64,000 nucleotides of DNA from Candidatus Micrarchaeota archaeon (GTDB lineage: Archaea > Micrarchaeota > Micrarchaeia > Micrarchaeales > CABMGC01). The notes under the pieces are model-generated. The model searched no databases. It worked only from the letters and a program-made list of their open reading frames with translations, and was not told the DNA's origin. The stretch is taken from the NCBI GenBank assembly GCA_027328425.1, contig DAHVUT010000017.1, forward strand, positions 1,777 through 65,776. The letters run 5' to 3'. The stretch's first letter is position 1. Every line of letters starts with the position of its first letter. Positions 7,940-16,588 of the stretch are shown here, piece by piece. A program made the translations under genes and the position numbers.

Positions 7940-8251
7940 TCATTCCTCATTCAGCAGAGTCTTCAGCTCTGCCTCCCAGTCCTTCGAGCAAACCTCATTC
8001 GTAAGGCTGTAATAGCCAGTCGGTACTTCCCTGTTCATAGTGTCTTTGAGCCTGATCCTTTGGCGCAGAGAGAGCCTATAGGCCTTGTTCTGAATGCGGA
8101 GCACGCGCCACTGACCTATCGCTATTATGTCGGCTGAGCCCTTGCTGGCTGCACTCCTTGTGCAGACAAAGCCCCTCTCTTCGAGGAAGGCAATCATGGC
8201 TCGGTCTTGGCGGGCCCCTTTTTCTGAGGTGTTTATGCGCTTGGGCAACAT
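7940..8251 (-). CDS. Holliday-junction-resolvase (Hjc)-like PD-(D/E)xK nuclease fold protein
   Basis: KGARQDRAMIAFLEERGFVCTRSAASKGSADIIAI...RIQNK resembles the Hjc pattern KGxxxERELxxxLxxxGFxVxRSAGSxxxDLVA...ExK. Confidence 0.5.
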   Translation of the reverse strand: MLPKRINTSEKGARQDRAMIAFLEERGFVCTRSAASKGSADIIAIGQWRVLRIQNKAYRLSLRQRIRLKDTMNREVPTGYYSLTNEVCSKDWEAELKTLLNEE

Positions 8252-8281
8252 GCTAATATCGCCTTTATCTTGGCAAGCTTC

Positions 8282-8530
8282 TCAAGAGACGAACTTGACC
8301 CCCCTGCTTAAGCTGGGGAGAAAGTTCGCTTCCCATTCCTTCATAGTCCACGACCGTGTTCGGATTCCGTTGTCGTGGTCGAAATCCAATAATCTAATGT
8401 AGCATTCAGGGCACACTTTGAAAAACATAAACAACTTGTCCTGAATCACATGCGACGCTTTCTTGCTGCAACCTGACACTTCACACTTATCACTGTTCAA
8501 CCACTTTTCCCAATTCGGTTCTATTACCAT
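8282..8530 (-). CDS. Small Cys-pair (Zn-binding-like) protein
   Basis: CEVSGC...CPEC. ATG 8530 is preceded by AGGTGA 6 nt upstream (SD-like). Confidence 0.45.
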   Translation of the reverse strand: MVIEPNWEKWLNSDKCEVSGCSKKASHVIQDKLFMFFKVCPECYIRLLDFDHDNGIRTRSWTMKEWEANFLPSLSRGVKFVS

Positions 8531-8547
8531 TGATTTCACCTTCAAAT

Positions 8548-9021
8548 TCAATCATACCTCTGCCCTCTTGCCATGTATTCCTTCAGCGCGCCAATATGCG
8601 AGCAGGCGGTCTGCTCCTTGCGGTAATGCTGGCAGTCGCATGAGAACTCGCCGCCCTCCAGCTTCTCAAGATGATAGGTGCGCTTGTTGTAGCCCTTCAC
8701 AGGCTTGCATATCCATTCGCCGCCCACGTATTCGATGCACCTGTTCTCCAGCAGCTTGAGCACCTTCTCCTGCTGCGAATGGATGAGCGATGCCGCTGTC
8801 TGCGAAAAGAACTGGGGCCCTGACCAAGTCTGGTCATCCCTGACAAGATGGACTTCCTGATTATGCCTTGACCAAAGGTCTTCCCTCACCCAAACTGACC
8901 TGCCCTGCTGCTGCGAGCATACCTGGCATTTGAAGTCGGCGAACCTGCGGGTGATTTCGCGCGAGCGCATCTCCAACGTGGCCCGCTCCGCCACAGACAT
9001 CCTTACGAAATCACCTGCCAT
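8548..9021 (-). CDS. SWIM-type zinc-finger protein
   Basis: The C-terminal CDCQHYRKEQTACSH fits the SWIM pattern CxCx(n)CxH. There is an additional CQVC pair. ATG 9021 is preceded by GAGGGTG. Confidence 0.55.
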   Translation of the reverse strand: MAGDFVRMSVAERATLEMRSREITRRFADFKCQVCSQQQGRSVWVREDLWSRHNQEVHLVRDDQTWSGPQFFSQTAASLIHSQQEKVLKLLENRCIEYVGGEWICKPVKGYNKRTYHLEKLEGGEFSCDCQHYRKEQTACSHIGALKEYMARGQRYD

Positions 9022-9044
9022 TCTGCACCCTCTCGATATTCTGC

Positions 9045-9449
9045 TCAATCCTCAATGCGGTAAGCGAGGATATGCTGCCCCAGCTTGGCGCCGAAAAGCC
9101 TTGCGACAAGCTCGTTGTTGGGATCGATCTGCGTCTCGTCCATGCCGAAAAACGCGGCTATCTGCTTCCTGCTCTGCGTCAGCATCTCCGCTATCTGCGA
9201 ATCGGTCAGCGGCTGGGGCGCGGGCGGCATAGCAGATAGGGATGGCTCGCCCGCGCCTTTCGCCTGCACATCTTGTTTGCGACCAGATGCGATAGGATTA
9301 GCGTAATCCGTATTTGATTTGCCAGGCCACTTGCAATCGGCGGCCGCGAGCTCCTTATTCTCATACAGGCTCCTCGTGCCTGCCTTGTGCTGCCTCTTGC
9401 AGATGCCGCAGGTGTAATCAAACTTCGCCAGGAAGATAGTCTTCGCCAT
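9045..9449 (-). CDS. Hypothetical protein with N-terminal Cys pair
   Basis: MAKTIFLAKFDYTCGICKRQHK. ATG 9449 is preceded by AGGTGAT (SD-like). Confidence 0.45.
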   Translation of the reverse strand: MAKTIFLAKFDYTCGICKRQHKAGTRSLYENKELAAADCKWPGKSNTDYANPIASGRKQDVQAKGAGEPSLSAMPPAPQPLTDSQIAEMLTQSRKQIAAFFGMDETQIDPNNELVARLFGAKLGQHILAYRIED

Positions 9450-9454
9450 TCTAA

Positions 9455-9610
9455 TCACCTGAACACCTGCGGCTGCCTGCCAGCCTCATCATCCTTGAAG
9501 GCATAGACATAGAGCTTGCCTGCGTCGCCGTCTATGTAGCCGTCCGCCACTATCTCCTGCGCCTTTGCGAGCGTTATCGCGTTCAGCATGTAGACTGCTA
9601 TGGGGTTCAT
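9455..9610 (-). CDS. Small hypothetical protein (51 aa), first ORF of the module
   Basis: MNPIAVYMLNAITLAKAQEIVADGYIDGDAGKLYVYAFKDDEAGRQPQVFR. Its stop overlaps the next ORF's GTG. Confidence 0.3.
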   Translation of the reverse strand: MNPIAVYMLNAITLAKAQEIVADGYIDGDAGKLYVYAFKDDEAGRQPQVFR

Positions 9611-9697
9611 GGTTTCACCAAATATGAAGGCAGCCCGCCAAGTGAGATGAAGCTGGCTGCCTCTGGCCCTTCTCTAATCCAGCATGCGGATGAGTTT

Positions 9698-9770
9698 CGG
9701 GGAGTCCGGGATTCGGACCCGGGTCGCCACCGCCCGAGGGTGGTAGCCTACCAAGCTAGCAGAACTCCCC
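9698..9770 (-). tRNA. tRNA-Pro (anticodon CGG), atypical D-arm spacing and T-loop
   Basis: Minus-strand sequence GGGGAGT...CCACC CTCGGGC GGTGG CGAC CCGGG TCCGAAT CCCGG ACTCCCC G. The acceptor, anticodon and T stems are perfect. The T-loop has C at position 55. The only clean D-stem (TAGC/GCTA) leaves a 5-nt 8-9 connector and no nt 26. Confidence 0.7.
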
Positions 9771-10871
9771 TTAGAGAATCTTGTATCCTTTCTTCGTTAT
9801 AAGTATGTCGTCCTCTATCCTCACTCCCCCAAACCCCACCTCATACACTCCTGGTTCCACAGTTATAACCATGCCGGGTTCCAACTTGCGGGTGCGCAGA
9901 TAAGATGCAGGGTTATCGTGCATCTCAAGGCCTATGGAATGGCCGATCGCATGCACGAACTCGCCCTTGTACCTGCCGTCCCTTGTGGTGTCAAGGAACT
10001 TGGCCGCCATGTCGTGCATGCCCATCCACTCTTTGCCTGGTTTCGCTAATCCGATGGCCATTTTCTGGGCTTCCTTCACCGTCTGCAACATATCCCTCTG
10101 CTTCGCACTCCCTGCGCCTCCGAAGATGAAGGTCCTGCTGATGTCAGAGTAATAGTTATTCACAACAGCACCCGCATCTATTATTACCAGGTCGCCCTTC
10201 TTGAGCTTGGTGCTATTTGAGAAATGATGAGGCAGAGCAGTGTTCTTTCCGAAAGCAACAATGTTGTATCTGGCAGATTCGTTTGCCCCCAGAGACAGTT
10301 GGATGAAATCGAAGCGCGCCATGAGCTGCAGTTCTGTCATGCCTTCCTTGAAATACTTCGGTATTTCTCTCATCGCAGTTTTGGTTATCCTTACTGCCTT
10401 CTTTATGTTGCTAAGCTCTGCCTCGTCCTTGACCAGCCTCACGCTGCGTAGTCCGTCGCTTATGTCGATCATTTTGTTGGGTCTGTAAGCGCTTTGTATG
10501 TGCCTGTATGCCTCGAAAGGCAAAAATTCTCCGTCAAAACCCACTTTTTTGCCTTTCAGAAGTCTGCTGAGCAGTGCCTTTGCGGCTTTGACGTCATCCA
10601 TCACGTTGATTACACTCATGTTTTCCGGTCTCTCTTCCAAACCGGTCTCGTACTCCAGAGAATATGTGAAAAGATACATGTGGTCCTTATGGGCCAGAAG
10701 CAGCGAACTTTCAAACAGACCGCTGGTGAATCCTGTAAGATAATGAAAATTGGGATCCACAATACCTGTATTTGCTATCAAGACCACACCTATGCCTTTG
10801 AGGTTGGCAAAGAGTCTAGCCAGCCTGTTTTTTGATGTTTTAGCAGGTAGTCTTGAGCTCATGAAATTCAC
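9771..10871 (-). CDS. pepQ: Xaa-Pro aminopeptidase / M24B metallopeptidase
   Basis: Pita-bread motifs: DAGAVVNNYYSDISRTF, HAIGHSIGLEMHD, VEPGVY...GGVRIEDD. Confidence 0.85.
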   Translation of the reverse strand: MNFMSSRLPAKTSKNRLARLFANLKGIGVVLIANTGIVDPNFHYLTGFTSGLFESSLLLAHKDHMYLFTYSLEYETGLEERPENMSVINVMDDVKAAKALLSRLLKGKKVGFDGEFLPFEAYRHIQSAYRPNKMIDISDGLRSVRLVKDEAELSNIKKAVRITKTAMREIPKYFKEGMTELQLMARFDFIQLSLGANESARYNIVAFGKNTALPHHFSNSTKLKKGDLVIIDAGAVVNNYYSDISRTFIFGGAGSAKQRDMLQTVKEAQKMAIGLAKPGKEWMGMHDMAAKFLDTTRDGRYKGEFVHAIGHSIGLEMHDNPASYLRTRKLEPGMVITVEPGVYEVGFGGVRIEDDILITKKGYKIL

Positions 10872-10873
10872 TG

Positions 10874-12142
10874 TTGGAATTCTGCAAGAGTCAATATATA
10901 CCTATGCAGCCCATCCCTAATCCGGGTGGTTTCGTGCTTGAAAACGAGCTTTCTGTCAGGAGAACCCCGATCGCTTACCTCAACATGAGGGATCCGCACG
11001 TGCTCAAATACTACTACAAGTTTAAAGTACTGTCGATGATAGAGAAGGAGGACATCTATGGCTCCTCGCCTCCTGACGTTTTCGTGGGCAGGTTCGGTTA
11101 CCCAAACGTCTATATCGGACCGCTTGTGCCGCCGATAAGCGGTGACACCTCTGAGATGGGGCTACCGGAGACGTGGGCGAAGAAGAGCATACCGGAGATA
11201 GTGGAGGCGCGCTCCATGCTGGTGCGTGGCATGCAGAAGGAGAAGGTGCAGAATGTGGATGGCAGCAAGATAGGCGGCATGCTTCAGGAACTCGCGATAG
11301 CGGACAGGTTCGCTAGCGTTGACATGCAGCTTGCAAGGAAGCCGAACCTCATGGTGAAGTTTGACGATAACAGCCAGCCCTTCGGCCCCAGCGCGCCTAT
11401 GAAGATGATGAGCGTGGGCAACACGAAGGCAAACAAGCAGATGGAAAAAGCCTATTTCGACACATCCATGCGGGCTAAGGATGGGATGGTGGAGCTGTAC
11501 AGCAAGGGACTCGAGGTGTCAAGGATACAGAAACTGCTCGCATCTGGGGGCATGGGTGTGAAGAAGAGCAGGAGGTTCGTGCCGACTAGATGGAGCATAA
11601 CGGCCGTTGACGACACGCTGTCGAAGCACAATCTGGAGCCAATAAAGGAGAGCGAATCTCTAGAGGATGTGCGCGTGTTCAGCAGCGTCTCCCTGGACAA
11701 CCGTTGGCTGGTGCTCATGTTCCCAGGCTCATGGAGCTACGAGCTGGTGGAGGCCTGGTACCCAAACACCACCTGGAACATGAACAGCAAGGAGATATAC
11801 ATATTCTCGAGCAGCGAATTCTTTAACGGCAGGAAGGAGTACGCGGAGATAGGGGGCTGCTACTACGCGGCCAGGCTCGCCATATCTGAGTATCTGGGTA
11901 AGATGGGCAGACAGGCCAGCGCCGTCGTACTGAGAGAGACACATCCAGGCTATATCATGCCGGTTGGCGTATGGAACGTGCGCGAGCACGTGCGCGAGAC
12001 ACTGAAGACAGAGCCTGTGAGGTTCGAGACTATGCGCCAAGCTATAGATTACATAGGCACGAAGATGGTCATACCCATAGGCACGTGGATACAGAACAGC
12101 ACCGTGCTCAGGCACCTGCTGAACCAACACAGACTGGCATAG
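10874..12142 (+). CDS. nreA: Archaeal Nre-family (DUF650/DUF651) DNA-repair-associated protein
   Basis: SPPDVFVGRFGYPNVYIGPLVPP and the overall ~420 aa architecture are typical of archaeal NreA/NreB. The call is from memory of the family. Confidence 0.55.
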   Translation: MEFCKSQYIPMQPIPNPGGFVLENELSVRRTPIAYLNMRDPHVLKYYYKFKVLSMIEKEDIYGSSPPDVFVGRFGYPNVYIGPLVPPISGDTSEMGLPETWAKKSIPEIVEARSMLVRGMQKEKVQNVDGSKIGGMLQELAIADRFASVDMQLARKPNLMVKFDDNSQPFGPSAPMKMMSVGNTKANKQMEKAYFDTSMRAKDGMVELYSKGLEVSRIQKLLASGGMGVKKSRRFVPTRWSITAVDDTLSKHNLEPIKESESLEDVRVFSSVSLDNRWLVLMFPGSWSYELVEAWYPNTTWNMNSKEIYIFSSSEFFNGRKEYAEIGGCYYAARLAISEYLGKMGRQASAVVLRETHPGYIMPVGVWNVREHVRETLKTEPVRFETMRQAIDYIGTKMVIPIGTWIQNSTVLRHLLNQHRLA

Positions 12143-12209
12143 GCAATTCCACTAACCCAAGCTTTGCACAGCAAACAAAAAGCTTTGCTTCTATATTACG
12201 CCGATTGGA

Positions 12210-13076
12210 ATGCTGCCCGAATGGCTTACTGTGGAACCTGCAAACACGGAAAGGTACAATGACATAAAGCGGACGATATCCTCAATGGGGCTGCACACAG
12301 TCTGCGCCGAGGCGCACTGCCCCAACATAACCGAATGCTGGAGCTCAGGCACAGCAACATTCATGATTCTCGGAGGCACGTGCACCAGAGGCTGCAGGTT
12401 CTGTTCGGTGCACAAGGGTGCCATAGGGCAAGAAGTGGACGTGCTTGAGCCCGCGAAACTTGCCCAAGTGATAAAGAAGTGGGGCCTCGGCTACGTGGTG
12501 CTCACCTCAGTATGCAGGGACGATCTGCAGGACCAGGGCGCAGGGCACTTCGCATCGTGCATAAGGGCTATCAAGAAAATCAACCCAGGCACAGTGGTGG
12601 AGGTGCTCATACCCGATTTCAGCGGCGATGCTTCACTACTCAAAATCATAGCGGATGCGAAGCCTGACGTGGTGGGCCACAACATAGAGACCGTGGAGAG
12701 GCTCAGCCCCATCATACGCGACAGGCGCGCGAGCTACAGGCAGTCGCTCCGCGTGCTCGAGAATTTCAAGGAAATCGACGCACGCATATACACTAAATCG
12801 GCGATGATGCTCGGCGTGGGCGAAAGCGAGGAGGAGATACTGCAGTCACTGCATGACCTTCGTGCGTCACGCGTTGATTTCGTGGCCATTGGCCAGTACC
12901 TGAGGCCCTCTAAGTTTCAGTACGACGTCAAGGAATACATAACGCTGGAGAAGTTCAACCGGATAAAGCGCGCAGCGCTCGAAATGGGGTTCCTCTACGC
13001 CGCGGCGGGACCGTTCGTCAGGAGTTCGTACAGGGCTGGCGAATACTTCATCAAGAGAATTGCAGAGAACAGGTGA
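12210..13076 (+). CDS. lipA: Lipoyl synthase (radical SAM)
   Basis: CPNITECW and CTRGCRFCSV cluster motifs. Confidence 0.9.
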   Translation: MLPEWLTVEPANTERYNDIKRTISSMGLHTVCAEAHCPNITECWSSGTATFMILGGTCTRGCRFCSVHKGAIGQEVDVLEPAKLAQVIKKWGLGYVVLTSVCRDDLQDQGAGHFASCIRAIKKINPGTVVEVLIPDFSGDASLLKIIADAKPDVVGHNIETVERLSPIIRDRRASYRQSLRVLENFKEIDARIYTKSAMMLGVGESEEEILQSLHDLRASRVDFVAIGQYLRPSKFQYDVKEYITLEKFNRIKRAALEMGFLYAAAGPFVRSSYRAGEYFIKRIAENR

Positions 13077-13971
13077 CACGATCAAGGCAGCCATCGCAAA
13101 CAGCGCAGACCTCGACCGCGCTTCTAGACCTCGCAGCCTAAATTCCGACAAGTTTGGAAACGGGAGGGTGCTTGTTGTGGGCGGCAGCAGCAGGTTCCAT
13201 GGCGCTCCTGTGCTCGCAACAGGCGCAGCATACGCTACGCTTGCGGCTCTGCGGACGGGTGCGGGCTACGCTGTAATGTGCGTGCCGAGAAGCATAGTAA
13301 ACACGGCTAGGATCCTGTCCCCGAACCTGATTGTTGTGCCGCTTAGCGGCAACAATATAGACACGAGAGACATCAGACAGCTCAAGAAGGAGGCTGCGAA
13401 AGCGGATGTTGTGGTCGTGGGCCCTGGAATGGGCAGAAACACGGGCAGCCTAAGGGCCGCCGGCACATTCGCGAAGAGCTGCATAGCACTGGGCAAGAAG
13501 CTTATCCTTGACGCTGACGCACTTCGCATCGGAATTGGGAAGATCAAGCTCAACAAAGATGTGCTCCTCACGCCCAACGAATCTGAATTCTTCTTCCTTA
13601 CCGGTAGGGGCATGGACGGGAAAGGCGTAGATGCACGCGCCAAGGCCGCTACGGATACTGCGAAGGCGCTGCATTGTGTTGTGCTGCTTAAGGGCCATGA
13701 GACAATAGTGAGCGACGGCGCAAGCGCCAAGGTGGTACGGGCAAAGACGGCTGCGCTTGCGACAATGGGCACAGGGGATGTACTTTCTGGAGTGGTAGCC
13801 GGGTTCGCCGCACGGGGCAACAGCGTGTTCGACGCTGCTGTGGCAGGGGCATACGCGCAGGCTGCACTGGGCGATATGCTTTACAGGCTCAAGGGCTATC
13901 ATCTGCTCGCTTCGGACCTGGTGGAACAGATACCGCGCCTGCTGAAGCCGTTTGACAGGACTACCTACTGA
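13060..13971 (+). CDS. nnrD: ADP-dependent NAD(P)H-hydrate dehydratase (YjeF C-terminal/carbohydrate kinase family)
   Basis: VLVVGGSSRFHGAPVLA, VVVGPGMG and MGTGDVLSGVVAG motifs. TTG start. Confidence 0.8.
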   Translation: MQRTGDTIKAAIANSADLDRASRPRSLNSDKFGNGRVLVVGGSSRFHGAPVLATGAAYATLAALRTGAGYAVMCVPRSIVNTARILSPNLIVVPLSGNNIDTRDIRQLKKEAAKADVVVVGPGMGRNTGSLRAAGTFAKSCIALGKKLILDADALRIGIGKIKLNKDVLLTPNESEFFFLTGRGMDGKGVDARAKAATDTAKALHCVVLLKGHETIVSDGASAKVVRAKTAALATMGTGDVLSGVVAGFAARGNSVFDAAVAGAYAQAALGDMLYRLKGYHLLASDLVEQIPRLLKPFDRTTY

Positions 13972-14707
13972 AATTCCATGCATCCGTCCTGTAAACACTG
14001 CCTTCTAGTTCCCTTGCGCTGCTCTGTTCATCGCCGCTCAGGTTCCCGAACTCGAACTCTTTATCCTTGGTGAAGCCGTAGAGCAGCGCCTCATAGAGCT
14101 GCTGCATGCTCGCATCAGAGTGACTGGATACTGACGTGACTCGCTCCTCGGCGCTCTTTATCATCTTGTCTGATATTTTTTCGCTACTGACATTGAGCAC
14201 GTTAAACATGGTCCTCGGGTCTGTGTTATAGAGTATTGTGCCGTGCTGCAGCAGCACTCCCTGCCTCCTCGTCTGCGCGTTGCCCGATATCTTCTTCCCT
14301 CCGACGATTATGTCGTTTATGGGCGCGAATGCCGCCTTTATGCCGAGCTGCTCCAAACCCGATATTATCCAGCCGCACACGAGCCTGTAGCTCTCCCTTA
14401 CGCCCCTGGGGAACATGCCCATAGGGCCCAGTATGCTGTATGTGATTTCACCTTCGAAGTCGTGGTACACGGCTCCTCCTCCTGTTATGCGCCTTATCAC
14501 ATCTACGCCAAGCTCCCTGCACCTGTCCACGTTAACCTCCTTCCGCATGCTCTGGAACGTGCCTATGGAGACTGCGCTGGGCTTCCACCTGTAGAACCTG
14601 ATCGTAGATTGCGCTTTCTCGTCCGCTATCGCTCTGAGCACAGCTTCGTCTATCGACATGTTCTTGTAGGCGTCATGAGTCTCCAGAGGTATTACTCGCC
14701 ACTTCAT
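13961..14707 (-). CDS. lplA: Lipoate-protein ligase A, catalytic domain
   Basis: RRITGGGAVYHD and GKKISGNAQ motifs. Confidence 0.85.
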   Translation of the reverse strand: MKWRVIPLETHDAYKNMSIDEAVLRAIADEKAQSTIRFYRWKPSAVSIGTFQSMRKEVNVDRCRELGVDVIRRITGGGAVYHDFEGEITYSILGPMGMFPRGVRESYRLVCGWIISGLEQLGIKAAFAPINDIIVGGKKISGNAQTRRQGVLLQHGTILYNTDPRTMFNVLNVSSEKISDKMIKSAEERVTSVSSHSDASMQQLYEALLYGFTKDKEFEFGNLSGDEQSSARELEGSVYRTDAWNFSR

Positions 14708-14997
14708 TCGGTCATCGCCTTTAGTATTGTATCTGCTATGGCTTCGGGCGTAACGCCTATCAGCTCCGCACCCTCAACCTTTACGACCTCTGCTATTCTT
14801 TCGGCAATCGCTCCAGCTTTTGAGTTAGAGGGCATTCCCTCGAGCGCAGTCTCTATTCTATACACTGCGTTCTCCGGATACGCGAAGAAGTCACCGGTTA
14901 TGAGCACCTTCTCTATCGTCTTCCCATACCGCAGCCTCACTCCGACCAGTTTGCCTTCAGGCACTTTCTGCTCAGCAAAACCATCCACCGAAGCCAC
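14704..14997 (-). CDS. lplB: Lipoate-protein ligase accessory (C-terminal domain) subunit
   Basis: It is a separate ~97 aa ORF overlapping the lplA start by 4 nt, as in the split LplA/LplB of Thermoplasma. Confidence 0.6.
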   Translation of the reverse strand: MASVDGFAEQKVPEGKLVGVRLRYGKTIEKVLITGDFFAYPENAVYRIETALEGMPSNSKAGAIAERIAEVVKVEGAELIGVTPEAIADTILKAMTE

Positions 14998-15034
14998 TTT
15001 ATTATATTTTATCTGTCCACTCGTAACGAATTAT

Positions 15035-15208
15035 ATGACGGAAGTAATAATAAAGTCTACGAAGAACGGCCCGAATCTTGTTGTGGTGGATGGAAAGACA
15101 AAATTCGCTTTCTGCCGGTGCGGGCACTCGGAGAACAAGCCTTTCTGCGACGGCACGCACCATAAGGTTGGTTTCCAGGCCGACGAGCACGAAGAAAAGA
15201 TAGCGTAA
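15035..15208 (+). CDS. CDGSH-type iron-sulfur domain protein (57 aa)
   Basis: CRCGHSENKPFCDGTHH motif. The upstream part of track ORF 14243-15208 is antisense to lplA and was discarded. Confidence 0.7.
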   Translation: MTEVIIKSTKNGPNLVVVDGKTKFAFCRCGHSENKPFCDGTHHKVGFQADEHEEKIA

Positions 15209-15223
15209 TCCTAGTTGTCCGGG

Positions 15224-16588
15224 CTACTGCTTCCCGTAGAAATAATGTATCGAGCGGCCTAGCGCCGCCTCTGCGGCCTCCTGCAGAGCCTCACTGTATG
15301 TAGGATGGGGGTGTATCGAGTCCGCTATGTCCTCGAGCGTCGCGCCCATCTCTATCGCGACAACTGCCTCTGCTATTATGTCCCCTGCATCGTCCGATAC
15401 AACCTCCACGCCCTTGATCACGTTGGCAGAATCGTATGCGATCTTTACGAAGCCGTTGGTGGTGCCCAGAGCTATGGCCCTGCCGAGCGCCGTAAGCGGA
15501 AACTTGGTTATGCTTACGCCCTCCCCTTCCAGCGTGCCTGCGATTGCCACCTCAGGATCAGAGAATATGACTGCAGGCACGACTATGTTGTCGTAGCTCG
15601 CGTTCATGCCGGCAGCCGATTCGGCAGCCACTATACCCTGGCGCATGGCCTTGTGCGCCAACAGCGGGTCGCCTACGACGTCGCCTATCGCAAGTATGCT
15701 AGGGTCAGTGGTGCATAGTGCATTGTCCACCTTCACAAAGCCCCTCTCATCAAGTTGCACTTTCGTGCTGGAAAGACCAAGGCTTGTGGTGTACGGAGAA
15801 AGGCCTACGGCAACCACTATAAGTTCCGCCTCTACCTTTTCGCCGCTGCTGAGCGTCACCGAACCCGCATCGTGTGATGCCGGAGTGACTCCGGTGTAAA
15901 CCTTTACACCCAGTTCTGCCATCTTCTTCTTCACAAGCCCCACAGCCTCCCTGTCGAACTTGGAAAGCACGTCAGACCTTGCCACTATGGTCACTTTTGT
16001 ACCGAGTTTCGCGTATAATATTCCGACCTCTACAGAAACGTAGCCCGCACCAAGTATTACCATACTCTTAGGTATGTAGTCGAGCATCAGCGCCTTCTTG
16101 TAGTCTATTATGTTGCCCTCAAACTCAAAGCCCTTTAGCGGCATAGGTTCGGAACCTGTGGCGATTATTGCCTTCTTGAAGTCAAGGTTGGTGCCGTTCG
16201 TGAGCTGCAACTCGCTTGATGAAACGAACGTTGCTGTTGCCTTTATTACTTCTACACCATTCTGCTTGCACAGGAAGGCAACTCCGTCCTCTAGCTTCTT
16301 CGACGTCCCCATTCGCCAGTCGTACATCTGCTTCGCATCAACGCTCACGTTCTCAGCGTGTATGCCGAAGTTTTGCGCGTGCTGCATCTCATAGAACATG
16401 TCAGCTACCTTTATCAGCGTCTTGGAGGGTATGCAGGCATAGTTGAGGCAGTGCCCGCCCAACTTCTCTTTCTCCACCAGAGCGACACTCTTGCCTAGCT
16501 GCGCTGCATGAATTGCAGCGAAGTAGCCCCCAACGCCTCCACCCACTACCGCGACGTCTACCTCCTCTGGAAGTGCTCCCATGACCAT
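15224..16588 (-). CDS. lpd: Dihydrolipoyl dehydrogenase (E3)
   Basis: GGGVGGYFAA FAD motif, redox-active CLNYAC, and the C-terminal HPHPTYSE interface motif. Confidence 0.9.
   Translation of the reverse strand: MVMGALPEEVDVAVVGGGVGGYFAAIHAAQLGKSVALVEKEKLGGHCLNYACIPSKTLIKVADMFYEMQHAQNFGIHAENVSVDAKQMYDWRMGTSKKLEDGVAFLCKQNGVEVIKATATFVSSSELQLTNGTNLDFKKAIIATGSEPMPLKGFEFEGNIIDYKKALMLDYIPKSMVILGAGYVSVEVGILYAKLGTKVTIVARSDVLSKFDREAVGLVKKKMAELGVKVYTGVTPASHDAGSVTLSSGEKVEAELIVVAVGLSPYTTSLGLSSTKVQLDERGFVKVDNALCTTDPSILAIGDVVGDPLLAHKAMRQGIVAAESAAGMNASYDNIVVPAVIFSDPEVAIAGTLEGEGVSITKFPLTALGRAIALGTTNGFVKIAYDSANVIKGVEVVSDDAGDIIAEAVVAIEMGATLEDIADSIHPHPTYSEALQEAAEAALGRSIHYFYGKQ

Larger units (their letters stand above)
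1..9697 (-). mobile_element. Putative integrated virus/plasmid-like module (partial; left end outside window) abutting the 3' end of tRNA-Pro
   Basis: 18 co-directional minus-strand ORFs with ATGA/TGATG/TAATG start-stop overlaps. Many small Cys-pair (Zn-ribbon) proteins, an Hjc-like nuclease and a SWIM finger. A terminal operon encodes paralogous two-TM proteins and a giant low-complexity protein. No integrase or att repeat is visible in the window. Confidence 0.45.

Noticed and set aside
9629-9661. 7-bp inverted repeat ggcagcc/ggctgcc between tRNA-Pro and the first module ORF, considered as an att core or terminator
   Set aside because: The stem is short with a 19-nt loop, there is no second copy in the window, and its significance cannot be judged without the other element end.
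14243-15034. Long plus-strand ORF 14243-15208 (321 aa)
   Set aside because: The first ~790 nt are antisense to lplA/lplB and encode His/Tyr/Arg/Leu-rich junk. Only the last 57 codons (CDGSH protein) are credible.
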